Assembly: GCF_028641065.1 (NCBI RefSeq) | Contig: NC_073403.1 | Coordinates: forward strand, 10,540,001-10,604,000 | From: Leucoraja erinacea | Taxonomy: Eukaryota | Length of the DNA: 64,000 nt | Direction: 5' to 3' | In this document: in pieces, positions 52,641 through 64,000 of the stretch | Layout of the letters: the number at the start of each line of letters is the position of its first letter | Position numbering within the stretch: the first letter of the stretch is position 1 | Position numbers and translations under genes: made by a program | The notes under the pieces: generated by a model | Seen by the model: only the letters and a program-made list of their open reading frames with translations | What the model was told of the DNA's origin: nothing | The model's database searches: none

Positions 52641-55600
52641 ATAATTACATTGATGGAGTACAAAATTGGTTTTATCTCTTCACACTAGATGTGAGAGAGA
52701 ATTGGTAAATGGTTTCAAAGATAAACAGTTTGGATAGAAATAAAGTTTGTTCCAAAGGTTGAATTGATAGCCATGGGGCACAAATATAAAAGTTTGGTAA
52801 AAGAGCAAGAGATGACAACAATTTTAATACCACTTGCTTCAGATTTGGAATACATTTAAAATACTGAAAATTGATTCAGAATTTGGCAAGTACTCAGCAA
52901 AATAAATTGCACGGATTTGAGACAAGTGAAGGGGATTGCAACTAAGCAGACTGAACTTCAAAAGAGCCACCGCAGAATCAATAAAGCATTAGTTAACGAT
53001 TCAATGAGGTCACAGCTGAAGTCAGTTACTAATACCACTTGACACATGCACCAAAAATGTGTTCCTGCCCCTACTAAACTGACTTCAAGCTGCAGCTTAC
53101 AAGAATTTTGAGTAAAGTCAAAACCCCACTAATTTACAGAAACTCATTGAAAACAAACAAGCCGACATCTGAAGTGATATTAGGACCAGCCTCAAAATGG
53201 ATCAGATCCTAATCTGGCTTCAGATGTCAAGCAAACATTTTCTTGTACTTTTCCATTCTGCTTAAATACCTTTACCCTTTAAGCATTTCTAGGAATTGAA
53301 ACATTTTTGCAATCTATACAGAAATGTAAATGTATAAAGTTATTTTTATATGAAGGAATAAGGTTTATGCCTGTGGGGCAAAACCATTTTTAGAAATGCC
53401 AGTTTTTGCTTTGGAAATATAAAATCTGAGAAATTAATGGCAAATAAATTATAACACAACGTGAATTTATCTGCTGTAATTGCAAGTAATGGATTTTAGG
53501 TATGTCGTTTGCATGAAGTAAAAATAATCAGTGGGTGGGGCTTTCATCATTTTGATCTTGTAATTGGGTAAACTGAAGTGGCCCAATGGGCTGGACTCAG
53601 CACTGACACTGTCTGTTTCAAGGCTTCGAAAGTCAACCAACCACAAATGGACAAGGGCGTCCAATTTCAAGGATCAGTAGATCCTGTAATCCGACTGGTC
53701 TAGCAGCTATAGACTGACAACTCAACATTGGGGGGGGGGGGGCCTGAAGATATACCAAATCCAAAATAAAAATTAAATTCTAGAAATATTCACCAGGTCA
53801 AGCAGCATCTGTGAAGAGGGGAATAGAGTTAACACTGCAGACTTCTTTGACTCTGGCACTGCATATTGCCATTTACAGTGAAATTTACAAAGAAATCATT
53901 AATAACCTAACCACTTCTTTAATCTCCCATTTCCCCTTTGCGTGAAAGTCCTTACCAGCTTCAGATCGCACTTTGATTCCACATTGCAAAAAGGGAACGA
54001 GCTACTGATCTACAATTACAATATGACTGGTGCAGTCTAACCACCAGAGGGTTTGCAATTAATACATTTCTGGGCTAATTTTATAGGAGGAAATGTGGAC
54101 AGTGCTATAAAACCCAGATTTACTAATTATCTGGACCTATATGGATAGGAAGGGATTCGAGCTAAATATAATATGGGCAAAATGCAAGCAAGCAACTTGT
54201 CCAGTGAGTCAACTTGGTTGGCAAGGATATGGTGGGCTAAAGGGCCCCGTTTCCGTGCTGTGTGGGTATGTGACTCGTGTCGTTTGTCAAAGAGAACTTG
54301 GTAAAACTGCCTTGCCTGACTTGCATCGATTCATTTAATTGTTATTTGTTGACCAAATACATTAAGTGTTGCTTCCGATTACCATTAACTATAAATTAGC
54401 AATAAAATATGACTTTTAGAGAAAGCCGATAAAAAGGAAGCAAAATAATCTTTCCCTATGATGCTAAGAAGTCAACCAAAATAGTTCAAAGGTAAAAAAA
54501 AGCTTTTTTTTCTTTCTTCTCCCCGCCTCCCCCCCCCACCCCCATCAATCTGAAGAAGGGTTTCGGCCTGAAACGTTGCCCATTTCCTTCGCTCCATAGA
54601 TGCTGCTGCACCCGCTGATTCTCCAGCATTTTTGTGTATCTTTGATTTTCCAGCATCTGCAGTTCCTTCTTAAAAACTTCTTAACCAAAATAGTTCCACC
54701 TGTTATTTGCAGTTCAAGAACCAAAGACCCACCAATTGATTTGATGCACATTTGAGAAACCAATATTTGCATTTAGGGTTGCTTCATGAAGTTAATTATG
54801 TTGCAAGTGCAGTTGTATATATTTACATTTATGTTCCTACTAAGACCAAACTAGTGATGAGACTCAAGGCAATTTGTGGAAGAATGCAGTGGGCACAGTT
54901 TCAGCTAAAATATTTCCATTAACATCTTGTTTGATCATAAATAGAGCAATAATTTGGAAAGAAATGTACAAATTTAGACAGGCTATGGTTCAATATTTTG
55001 AATCTGTGCATGCCCCTGAATCCCCAAGATAGATAAAATGGCTGGGTTTCTCCACTCTTATCTAGCTAGTCTGTCTAAAATGCACGCATGAACAAACAAG
55101 TGAAATATAATATACACAAAGATAAGCATGCTTCTGGCTCAAATGTGATAAAAGGCCACTTATGGAAGGAACTTCAGGCATGTAAAATGAGGCTATAGAT
55201 GTTTTAGAAGCAGTGGGTTTAAAGCGTGGACGTATCTTGGGACTCAGTTTTAATTAAATCATTTTCCTCAGATGAAAAAATATCTTTATTCTGTAAACTG
55301 GAGACATTTTCTAAAATAGTTATAGAGAGTGCTCCAATTTCTAGCAAACTTGGGCCCACAGTGCAAAACTGGTCTTAAATAGCAATGTGAAAGGTCACAG
55401 AAGTCTGATATCAGGAACCTGCCCCTCACTTAAGATGGCATCATGGACTTACTGAGCAACTGCCATTGCTATTTAGGAGTTTGAGACAACAAATCCAATC
55501 CAAGGCGAGAATTCTGTTCTGCACTACTAATTCATGCAAAAATGGGATGGAATGAGGTGAAACGGGCAGAAGTGGGGTGGGGGGGGGTGTGGGGTTAAGA

Positions 55601-58600
55601 GAAGGGGGTATGGTGCAGCCATAAGTGGGTTACGAGAATGATCCCAGAGATGATCGGGTTAACGCATGATAAGTGTTGATGGCTCTAAGCTTGTACTCGG
55701 TAGAGTTTAGAAAGATGAGGGGGGACCTCATTGAAACTTACAGAATCATGCGAGACTGGATAGAGTGGATGTGGAGAGAATGTATCCACTAGTAGGACAG
55801 TCTAGGACCAAAGGGCACAGCCTCAGAATAAACAGATGTTTAAAGGGTATCAAAAGTTACAGAGAGATGACAGAAGAATGGAGTTGAAGGAGAAAGATGG
55901 GTCATTTAATCATGGCTGACCTAATTCTATTCTTGGAACATATGAACTTAAAGAAATCTGTCTGGTGCCAAAAAAAGCTGTTACAAACTAGAAATAGCTA
56001 GAAGCCCTGAAACAAACACTGAAGCAGGTTTAAAACCCTGGAAACCCTAATTTTAGTCTATGTATACATGATGTTTGTTCAGGCAATTGCATTTCACTGG
56101 AAATATGTTTGGCAGCACCTGCCAGCATTGATGAAGAGTTCTGAACACGAAATGCTAGCTGCTCCTCTTCTGATGGGTCCTACCTGCTCTGCTAAATGCT
56201 TCTAGCATTTTTGTTTTTACTTCAGACTCCAACATCTATAAAATCTTGAATTTCAAATGAATGTTACAAATTCAAAACAAAATCTACTAAACTAAAATAT
56301 ACTGTATAATTGAAATAAAGTTTGATCAGGTGAAAAAAATGCAAAAGTTAAATCAGATATGAGCATCACGTTCCTCCCTGACCTTGAGCTATATCTGGTA
56401 CATGCTCATCATTTCCACTTCCTCATATGCTATGGGAAATTAGAAAGAGAGAAAGTCCATTGTCACGTCAAACAGACAACACCCAACAAAAATGGATCCA
56501 ACAGATCAGCAAAGAAACTAAAGTGTGGAAGCGTTCTGGATGAATCATGGAGTGTTTATGTTCACTCTCCTTGATCCCTCTGGAAAACATTTTGGGAAAT
56601 TCAAATTATATCTTATTCACAGATGAAACATGATTATAAAAGCTACTTGCTGAAGAGAGGATTAAAGCCAAACAATTATAGATCAGGAGGGTGGGGGAGA
56701 GAAGAGAGTGGAAACAACGTGACAGAGCAGACTTAAGGTAGCACTAAAAAGGCAACATCTCAGGTAATCAACTATGCTCCAACATTCGTTGACACTAAAT
56801 ATTTAAGTGTACAAATCGAAGTTTTGAAATAATGCCTATAAAAATACAAGTTGATTCAAACTAGCATGACAAAATGCATTTGAAATTCTCCATTCAAATG
56901 ATTCATAGAACTATCCTTTGAAAGTTCACTGCAAGTTTATTGATGAGAACCCAGTGTCTCTTGCTTACAACGCCAATGTCATTCAGTTCATTTTCAACAC
57001 CAAAATTGTACTGCTGCAATTATGTCTTTCCTAAAACTGGGAAATCTCTTTGACACTAAGTAGAATGTAAGGCTAGTAAAAGCAAACATTTTATATTAAA
57101 TGCCCAGCAAGAATAACGTTTCTTATTCTTATTACAATTAATACACCTTTTATTTGATTGGTTAATGTTTCAATTCAGGAGTGACACTGCACAACTTGCA
57201 ATTTTCTCATTCTTGCATTTAGGCAAGTCCAAAAGCATCTCCAAGTACCAACAAATTGCATATTTCTAATTAAAACATGCCATATTTTGCACAAAAATAC
57301 CAGTATAACTGAACTTTTGCATGAAGCATCATCACATTTAAAATGAAAAGCTCTTTAGATTCCCTGCCCCATGTACCCAAAATCTGGGGGGAAATGCATT
57401 CAGCTTGGTGGTGATAGTGAACGATGCCAGGCTTGTAAGGAAAATCTTGCTGTAAATCTCTGAAACTACACTAGCTACTGACAAGACATTACAAACTACA
57501 AAATTCACATAGCACAGGAACCAGGCCCTTCAAACCCAAGCTTTAAATTCATCATTCACTGCTCATTTCCCCATGTCCTCTAAGTGTTTCCTTTTAAACT
57601 ACAAATGTAATGCACTTTTGAAAGTTACTTTCAAATCTGGCCCCACCATCTTTTCCGACAATTCCCTCCAAGTCACGATCTTCTACTTAAGAATGTCCTT
57701 ACTACTTCTGGTTCTTTTAATCAGAAATTTCAAAACTGATGATTGAAATTTGATAGTAGAAACAATTTAACAGTTTATCAAAATTAATGTTTTATTCAGC
57801 CCACCAGAATCTCTACTTAATCTTGGCTGTTTTAAGCAAAATAAATTACATTTATTTTCTCAAATTGCCAAAGTCATTTATCCCTTGAATCACTTTGAAA
57901 TGAAAACTGGATTGCCAACTCAATCCATTTCTCTTCGGCGTTTCATAACCTTAAAGTGAGAAATTAAAAACCAAGTAGACACGAAATGCTGGAGTAACTC
58001 AGCGGGTGAGGCAGCATCTCTGGAGAAAGAATGGGCGACGTTTCAGGTCGAGACCCTTCTTCAGATTGGTAAAAACCTAGTACCTTCACCCAGAATTGAA
58101 TGAAGGCATTAGGCAACCTGTCATTTGGCTGATGAACAAGATAATTTATCTTTGCTGATCTGAGGAATACATCCTACAAAACAGTCTTACAAGCCAAATA
58201 AAAATCAGCCTGAGGTTTCTGCCAAAAAGGAGAGCAATACTAACTGCAAGGAAGGAATGCAATATTTGCAACAACCTGGGCCACTCTTGGACCGTCTCAT
58301 GTGTACTCAATATTGCACTTCCTGTTTTTGTTTCATTTTGTAGGTTGAAATGGGAATTGTGGAAGAGAGAGCCTCTTAACTCAAAACAAAATTGCAAATA
58401 CTCTGGTTACGTAGAAGCAAATAATTATATACGTTTTGTTTTTTTGCAGGACTGACAAACCAATACATTTACCAACAATTCAGAATTGGTAAAGGCAACT
58501 ATTTTTAGTTTTGTAAAAGGTTCTGCATCTTTGAAAACACCCAATAAAGTACACTTTACATTTTGTAGTGTTAAAACAATTATAATGGGTATTTACTTAA

Positions 58601-59465
58601 AATCATGCTAATCACACATCCAGAAACCAACTATCACACTCTTCCAGATAAAGATGTATATTTCTCCCATGAATAATCTTTCCTTCCCCAGCCACCATCC
58701 CCACAAACATCAATTTAAAAGGCATACCACACACCTTTACTGATCAAGTTACCAGTTTAGACGATGGCTCAAGATCAATTTATCACCAGGCATAACAATT
58801 GCTAGCAAAAACATTGTTTGTTTTAATCAACATTAATTTTGAATACATCTTTAAGGCACAGAGAGAGCAGATTGTGAGAAACCAAAAACAGATTCCAAAA
58901 GTCAAACCAGCTCGACTGTGATCAAGGCGCCCGAATAAATTCAAACTGGAAAAGAGGAAGGCAGGGTGAAAACTTGAGCAACCGAACTAACAAGTAGAAG
59001 GGGGATTTGTTTCAATCAAACACAAAACAGTTCATATCATGAGATTAAAACTTCCCACTGTGCCTCACAATTGTTTCGCAATCCATTTTTTAAAAACAGC
59101 TGACAGCATAAACCGTGAACCACTTGCTCCAAGTTTGTGTTGTTTACATGCGAGTTCCTTAAAGTAATGGAGTTTTAATATATCCATCGTCGTGCTAAAA
59201 ATCAGGAACAAGGCACCATGACACGCAGAGTGGATGCAATCTCTTCCTTCGATGTCACTGGAGCATGGCTTCACCGCGAAGTTTCTTACCAATGTCAGGG
59301 AGCGGAGGAGGCCTTGACATCCCTTCTAGTGTACGTTTTGGGGTTGGAAATGCCCGGTTGCGCTGCCAGCTAAACTTGGCCCTCCTCCTGGAGCGGTCAC
59401 CTCAATGCAAACAGCAGCATTTACCTCAACAGCGTGCTTTTAACCCACAAAGAAAACGTACTCAC

Positions 59466-59640
59466 ACGGTGGCAACGGAGCAAACAAGGGCGGCGGTGTC
59501 GGCGGCAACGGCGTCGCCCTTCTCCCAACTCTTATTCCACTTCTCTTCACTGCTTCAGATTAAACAAAACTCCGGGCCCAAGTCTCGGCCTCCACTTCCG
59601 CCTTTCCGCCTTCGCGTCGCCGGCCCGCCCATACCTCCTC
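59466..59640 (-). other. RAB5C: Probable non-coding exon 1 of RAB5C
   Basis: Minus-strand donor ACCGT|gtgagt at 59466/59465 inside the main CpG-rich island upstream of exon 2; the TSS is approximate. Confidence 0.65.
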
Positions 59641-59905
59641 CGGAAACCACGTTGCGAGGGAAGGGGGCGGGATGTTTCCTTGAGCGACATTGAATACACC
59701 CAATCAGTGAGCGAAGCTGACGGACGCTCAGCCGGAGCAGTCGGGTGACACGAGGGGTCCAATAACAGCGGCGCTGTGCGAAGTCGGGCCGATGACGGAG
59801 AATCAGCAGCACGCTGCCAGCCCATGAGGTCATCACGTACAGACGGAGGTTATGCAGACTACAATTCCCAGAAAGCATTGTGCAGAGAAGCTTAGCCACT
59901 TCCGG
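59590..59905 (-). promoter_or_regulatory. CpG-island promoter of RAB5C
   Basis: ETS sites (ACTTCCG ~59594, ACTTCCGG ~59898), GC box GGGGCGGG 59664-59671, CCAAT at 59700 and 59759, ZNF143/THAP11-type ACTACAATTCCCAGAAAGC at 59858-59876. Confidence 0.75.
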
Positions 59906-60009
59906 TGTCTAGAGGTTTCGTTGACAGGTGCCGCAGCTGGTTCGCTTCTACCTCTTCCCAGGCGAGATAACATTTCATCACCAAAAAATGTTCTATCTGA
60001 ATTTGAATT

Positions 60010-61024
60010 CCTAATTTGAGGAAGGACATCCTTGCTATTGAGGGAGTGCAGCGTAGGTTTACAAGGTTAATTCCCGGGATGGCGGGACTGTCGTATGCTG
60101 AGAGAATGGAGCAGCTGGGCTTGTACACTCTGGAGTTTAGAAGGATGAGAGGGGATCTCATTGAAACATATAAGATTGGTAAAGGTTTGGACACGCTAGA
60201 GGCAGGAAACATGTTCCCGATGTTTAAGAGGGAACTGCAGATGCTGGAGAATCGAAGGTTACACGAAAAGCTGGAGAAACTCAGCGGGTGCAGCAGCATC
60301 TATGGAGCGAAGGAAATAGGCAACGTTTCGGGCCGAAACCCTTCTTCAGACTGATCGGGGGTGGGGGGGTGGGTGGGGACAAGAAAGGGAAAAGGAGGAG
60401 TAGCCAGAAGGCTGGAGGGTGGGAGGAGACAGCAGGGGAGCTGAGGAAGGGGAGGAGACAGCAAGGACTAACAGAACTACACCCCCGGGGCATGAACATC
60501 GAATTCTCCCAATTCTGTTAGTCCTTGCTGTCTCCTCCCCTTCCTCAGCTCCCCTGCTGTCTCCTCCCACCCTCCAGCCTTCTGGCTACACCCACCCCCG
60601 ATCAGTCTGAAGAAGGGTTTCGGCCCGAAATGTTGCCTATTTCCTTCGCTCCATAGATGCTGCTGCACCCGCTGAGTTTCTCCAGCTTTTCTGTGTAACA
60701 TGTTCCCGATGTTGGGGGAGTCCCGAACCAGGGGCCACAGTTTAAGACTAAGGAGCAAGCCATTTAGAACGGAGATGAGGAGACACTTTCTCTCACAGAG
60801 AGTGGTGAGTCCGTGAAATTCTCTGCCTCAGAGGGCGGTGGAGGCAGGTTCTCCTGATGCTTTCAAGAGAGAGCTAGATAGGGCTCTTAAAAATAGCGGA
60901 GTCAGGGGATATGGGGAGAAGGCAGGAACGGGGTACTGATTGGGGATGATCAGCCATGATCACATTGAATGGCGGTGCTGGCTTGAAGGGCCGAATGGCC
61001 TACTCCTGCACCTATTGTCTATTG
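60010..61024 (+). mobile_element. CR1 LINE 3' end interrupted by an inverted Penelope insertion
   Basis: RKDILAIEGVQRRFTRLIPGM...; nearly identical to 12898-13419 apart from the insert. Confidence 0.9.
60225..60696. mobile_element. Inverted (fold-back) Penelope-like insertion
   Basis: Minus arm 60225-~60476 and plus arm ~60480-60696; 17-bp TSD AACATGTTCCCGATGTT at 60208-60224 and 60697-60713. Confidence 0.85.
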
Positions 61025-61329
61025 AACACTTATGTCTTTTTGTCAATTTTAATTAAGCATTTTGCCAACCTCTCCAATCTTATTTATTGGGGATGACTAT
61101 CATTTTAGGTTAAAAATATTATTTTTGGTGAGTGGCACTGATATAGCTTTGCCTTTAAAAAATGCTTTAATGTCTTACTGGTGTTTAAATGTTCTCTACA
61201 TCCTCTTCCACCCACATAACGACCCCTCCTTTCTCCCCCACATCTCCCCTAAGCACTGACTGACATGACACCTATCCAACCCCTCCCTCTCCACCTACAT
61301 TTCTAAACAATTCCCATTTTGAGTCTCAT

Positions 61330-62020
61330 ACCTTGTGTGCACACTGTGTACAGATACAAGATAAAGAGAATAACGTTTAGTAATCTTAGATAAAGTCCAG
61401 TGAAGTCCGATTAAAGATAGTCTGAGGGTCTCTAGTGAGGTAGATGGTAGGTTAGGACCGCTCTCTCGTTGGTGATAGGATTGTTTGCTTGCCTGATAAC
61501 CGCTGGGTAGACACTGTCCCTGAATCTGGAGGTATGCGTTGTTACACTTCCATACCGCTTTCCTGATAGGGGAAGGAAGTAGAGGAAGTGATCAGGGTGT
61601 CACTTGTCTTTGATTATGTGAGTGGACTTGCCGAGGCAGCACAAATGTAGATGGAGTCAATGAAAAGGAGGTTGGTTGACGTGATGGTTTACTCTGCGTC
61701 CACAATTCTCTGCAATTTATTGCGATCTTGGAGCTGTTCACCATGCTGTGATGCGTCCTGATAAAATGCTTTCTGTGGTGCATCTGTAGAAGTTGGTTAG
61801 AGTCGTTGGGGTTATGCCAAATCTCCTAAATGTACTAAGAAATTAGAGGCGGTGTGTTTTCTTGGCCATTGCTCTGAGTTGGCTGGTCTTGGACCAATTG
61901 CTGGTAATATTTTCTCCCAGGAACTCAAAGCTTTCAGCCATCTCTACTTTGGCATTGTCATTGTATACTGGGGTATGTTTACTGCTTTGCTTCCTGAAGT
62001 AGATTACAATCCTCTTTGTT
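61330..62020 (-). mobile_element. Rex1/Babar-like LINE 3' fragment
   Basis: Homologous to 17590-18330 and 63395-63680 (VEMAESFEFLG.NIT...; acgcatacctccagattcaggg). Confidence 0.55.
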
Positions 62021-62611
62021 TGGGGTCTGGATTGGTGCCACGGAGGCGTCTGGAGAGGACCTGGCAGCGATGGTGGAGACGTTGGTGCGACGGTCGATGA
62101 TGGGGCCAACTGACAGACGAGGACTGACACGTGGAAGTGAGGATGACACTGCCAAGGGAAGGAGCAAAAGAGGACCGTGAGGGAGGGGGGAAGATCAACG
62201 GGGACCCGCCGTGGAGGTGGGGGGAGAACAATGGAGAATGAAGGAACCTGCGTGGGGGACCACTGTGAGGGAGGGAAGTACAAAGGGGGAACTGGCCCAA
62301 GGGGGGGGGGATTTGTAACTTTATGTGCCCTTTATGGGTGACTATATGCGAGCACATGTCACAATAAAGTATTCATTTCAATTCGATAAACATCAAAATG
62401 CCAAAATGCCAAAACACCAAAACATCAAAAGAGTAACTCAACAGGTTCGGCAGCATCTCTGGAGGAAAGGAATAGGTGATGTTTCGGGGTAAGACCCTTC
62501 TTTTGCTCTCCCTCCATCAATTAAACTCCCTTGGCTCTTATTTATATCTTTCACATTTTTATTGTTCTTTGACCTAAACTCCTGAATAGTTATGATCAGA
62601 TGTTTCATTAC

Positions 62612-62768
62612 TGTGACGTATTCGCGCTTGGAATGGACTTTAAATAAGACTCGGACTCGGGAGTAAACTAACGAGCTTCTTTTATTCTGAACGCCACGAT
62701 GAGTCTCTCTTGCGCATGCGTCAATTGCGCAAGACCTTAAATATGTTAATCATATTTCATACACAACA
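62612..62768 (-). mobile_element. Short solo LTR (157 bp)
   Basis: TGT...ACA termini, 5-bp TSD ATTAC (62607-62611, 62769-62773), minus-strand AATAAA at ~62681, CpG-rich. Confidence 0.7.
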
Positions 62769-62992
62769 ATTACCTAATCTCACCCCTTCATAATTTTAAA
62801 CTCTTCTCCCAAGCTATGAATAATCTCTTTTCCTATAACAGGATTCAAATTTTTTGAGCTTTTCTTTATATTATCCACGAGAAAATATAATTTAAAAAAT
62901 TGTTAAAGGAAATTAACACTAAGGAATCTTTGTTGTGATTTGTTGATGTGCCGGTTTCTCCAATATAAATAGCAGAACAGCTCTATTTGAAG

Positions 62993-63088
62993 AAGGGTCT
63001 GAAGAAGGGTTTCGGCCCGAAACGTTGCCTATTTCTTTCGCTCCATAGATGCTGCTGCACCCTCTAAGTTTCTCCAGCATTTTTGTGT
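62993..63088 (+). mobile_element. Penelope-like short insertion with hammerhead-like motif
   Basis: gggtCTGAAGAAGGGTTTCGGCCCGAAACGTTgcct; 14-bp TSD AGCTC(T/C)ATTTGAAG at 62979-62992 and 63089-63102. Confidence 0.72.
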
Positions 63089-64000
63089 AGCTCCATTTGA
63101 AGGCCATCCTCTCTAATGGACCCAATATCCCCCTTATTGTGCTGAACCTTAAACCGAGCACAGTATTCTTAATAAGATTTGGTGATCTTATCTGTTATCT
63201 TAATATGAGCTTGTCTAGATTAGACTTCATTTTGATTTTGCAGGTTGTCAGTAAGAAAGGTCAGCGGGTTTGAGAAATCAGCCTCGTTAAAATATGGTAC
63301 TAAATTGATTATATTTTGCCAAAGCACCTGTCGTTTGTAAAAATGTTTTTCTACAAAGTACCTTGGACCACAACTCCATGAAGTGGTGATCAGCACAATA
63401 CATGATTACACTCGAGTTATCCACAGTGCACAAAAACATGATAAAGGGAATAATGTGAATAGCGTTTAATGCAAGATAAAGCCAGTCAAGTCCGATCAAA
63501 GATAGTACGAGGGTCTCTAATTATATAGATAGTAGTTCAGGACTGCTCTCCAGTTGTTGGTAGGATGGCTCAGTTGCCTGATAACAGCTGTGGAAAAACT
63601 ATAGCTGAATCTGGAGGTGTGCGTTTTAACACTTCTATACCTTACAGCCCGATGGGAGAGGGGAGAAGAGGGAGTGACTCAGGTTGTTCAATGTTGTTGA
63701 ATGCACATTCCAAGATTTAGGAGTATCTGCTGCATCTTGAAGTTCATTTGGTTACAGCTGTAATTGGCTCTGTTGTACTTGATTTTGTATCTAACATTGT
63801 TTCAAAGGTGAAAATCAAATAAAATAATTGAATACTGTAAATCTGAAACAAAAACTGAAAATGCAGACAAAATTGATCCTTCTTACACTCATTTTGCACC
63901 CCTGTCCGCAATTTCCCTATGATCTCCCCTCTGTCTCGTCGACCTCTACCCACATCCTCCCCCCCTCCTGCTTTGCATTTCACTTCTCCATTCCTCTCCG

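Noticed and set aside
35383-59465. Strand bias of ribozyme-like copies within RAB5C intron 1
   Set aside because: Roughly equal numbers of sense and antisense copies, and too few to test.
59265-59899. ORFs in the CpG island
   Set aside because: Stop-poor GC-rich promoter sequence with no domain similarity.
440-63088. Recurrent ~30-nt hairpin motif as a CRISPR repeat or bacterial terminator
   Set aside because: Dispersed on both strands with TSDs, no spacer array or cas genes, eukaryotic context; explained by Penelope 3' ends.

Overview
Vertebrate genomic DNA, most likely a cartilaginous fish such as a skate or ray (inferred from the repeat landscape, not proven). The window holds four host protein-coding genes. 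Three are intronless small heat-shock (Hsp30/HSPB9-like, alpha-crystallin domain) genes at 2764-3414 (+), 6799-7452 (-) and 13754-14407 (+), each with an HSE and TATA box; copies 2 and 3 form a ~1.08 kb inverted duplication. The fourth is a complete RAB5C gene on the minus strand: five coding exons at 29498-35283 giving 216 aa, a probable non-coding exon 1 and CpG-island promoter at ~59.3-59.9 kb, and a ~24 kb first intron. The rest is mostly transposons: CR1, L2 and Rex/Babar-like LINEs, two Tc1 elements, a degenerate full-length Gypsy element with ~142-bp LTRs, two solo LTRs, a MITE and SINEs. There are also about 20 fragments of a Penelope-like element (GIY-YIG). Their 3' ends carry a minimal hammerhead-ribozyme-like motif (CTGAAGA-stem II-GAAACGTH) with a loopless palindromic stem III. 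These fragments occur as short TSD-flanked insertions and inverted pairs, and are the most interesting non-gene signal. All alignments were done by eye; no searches were run.
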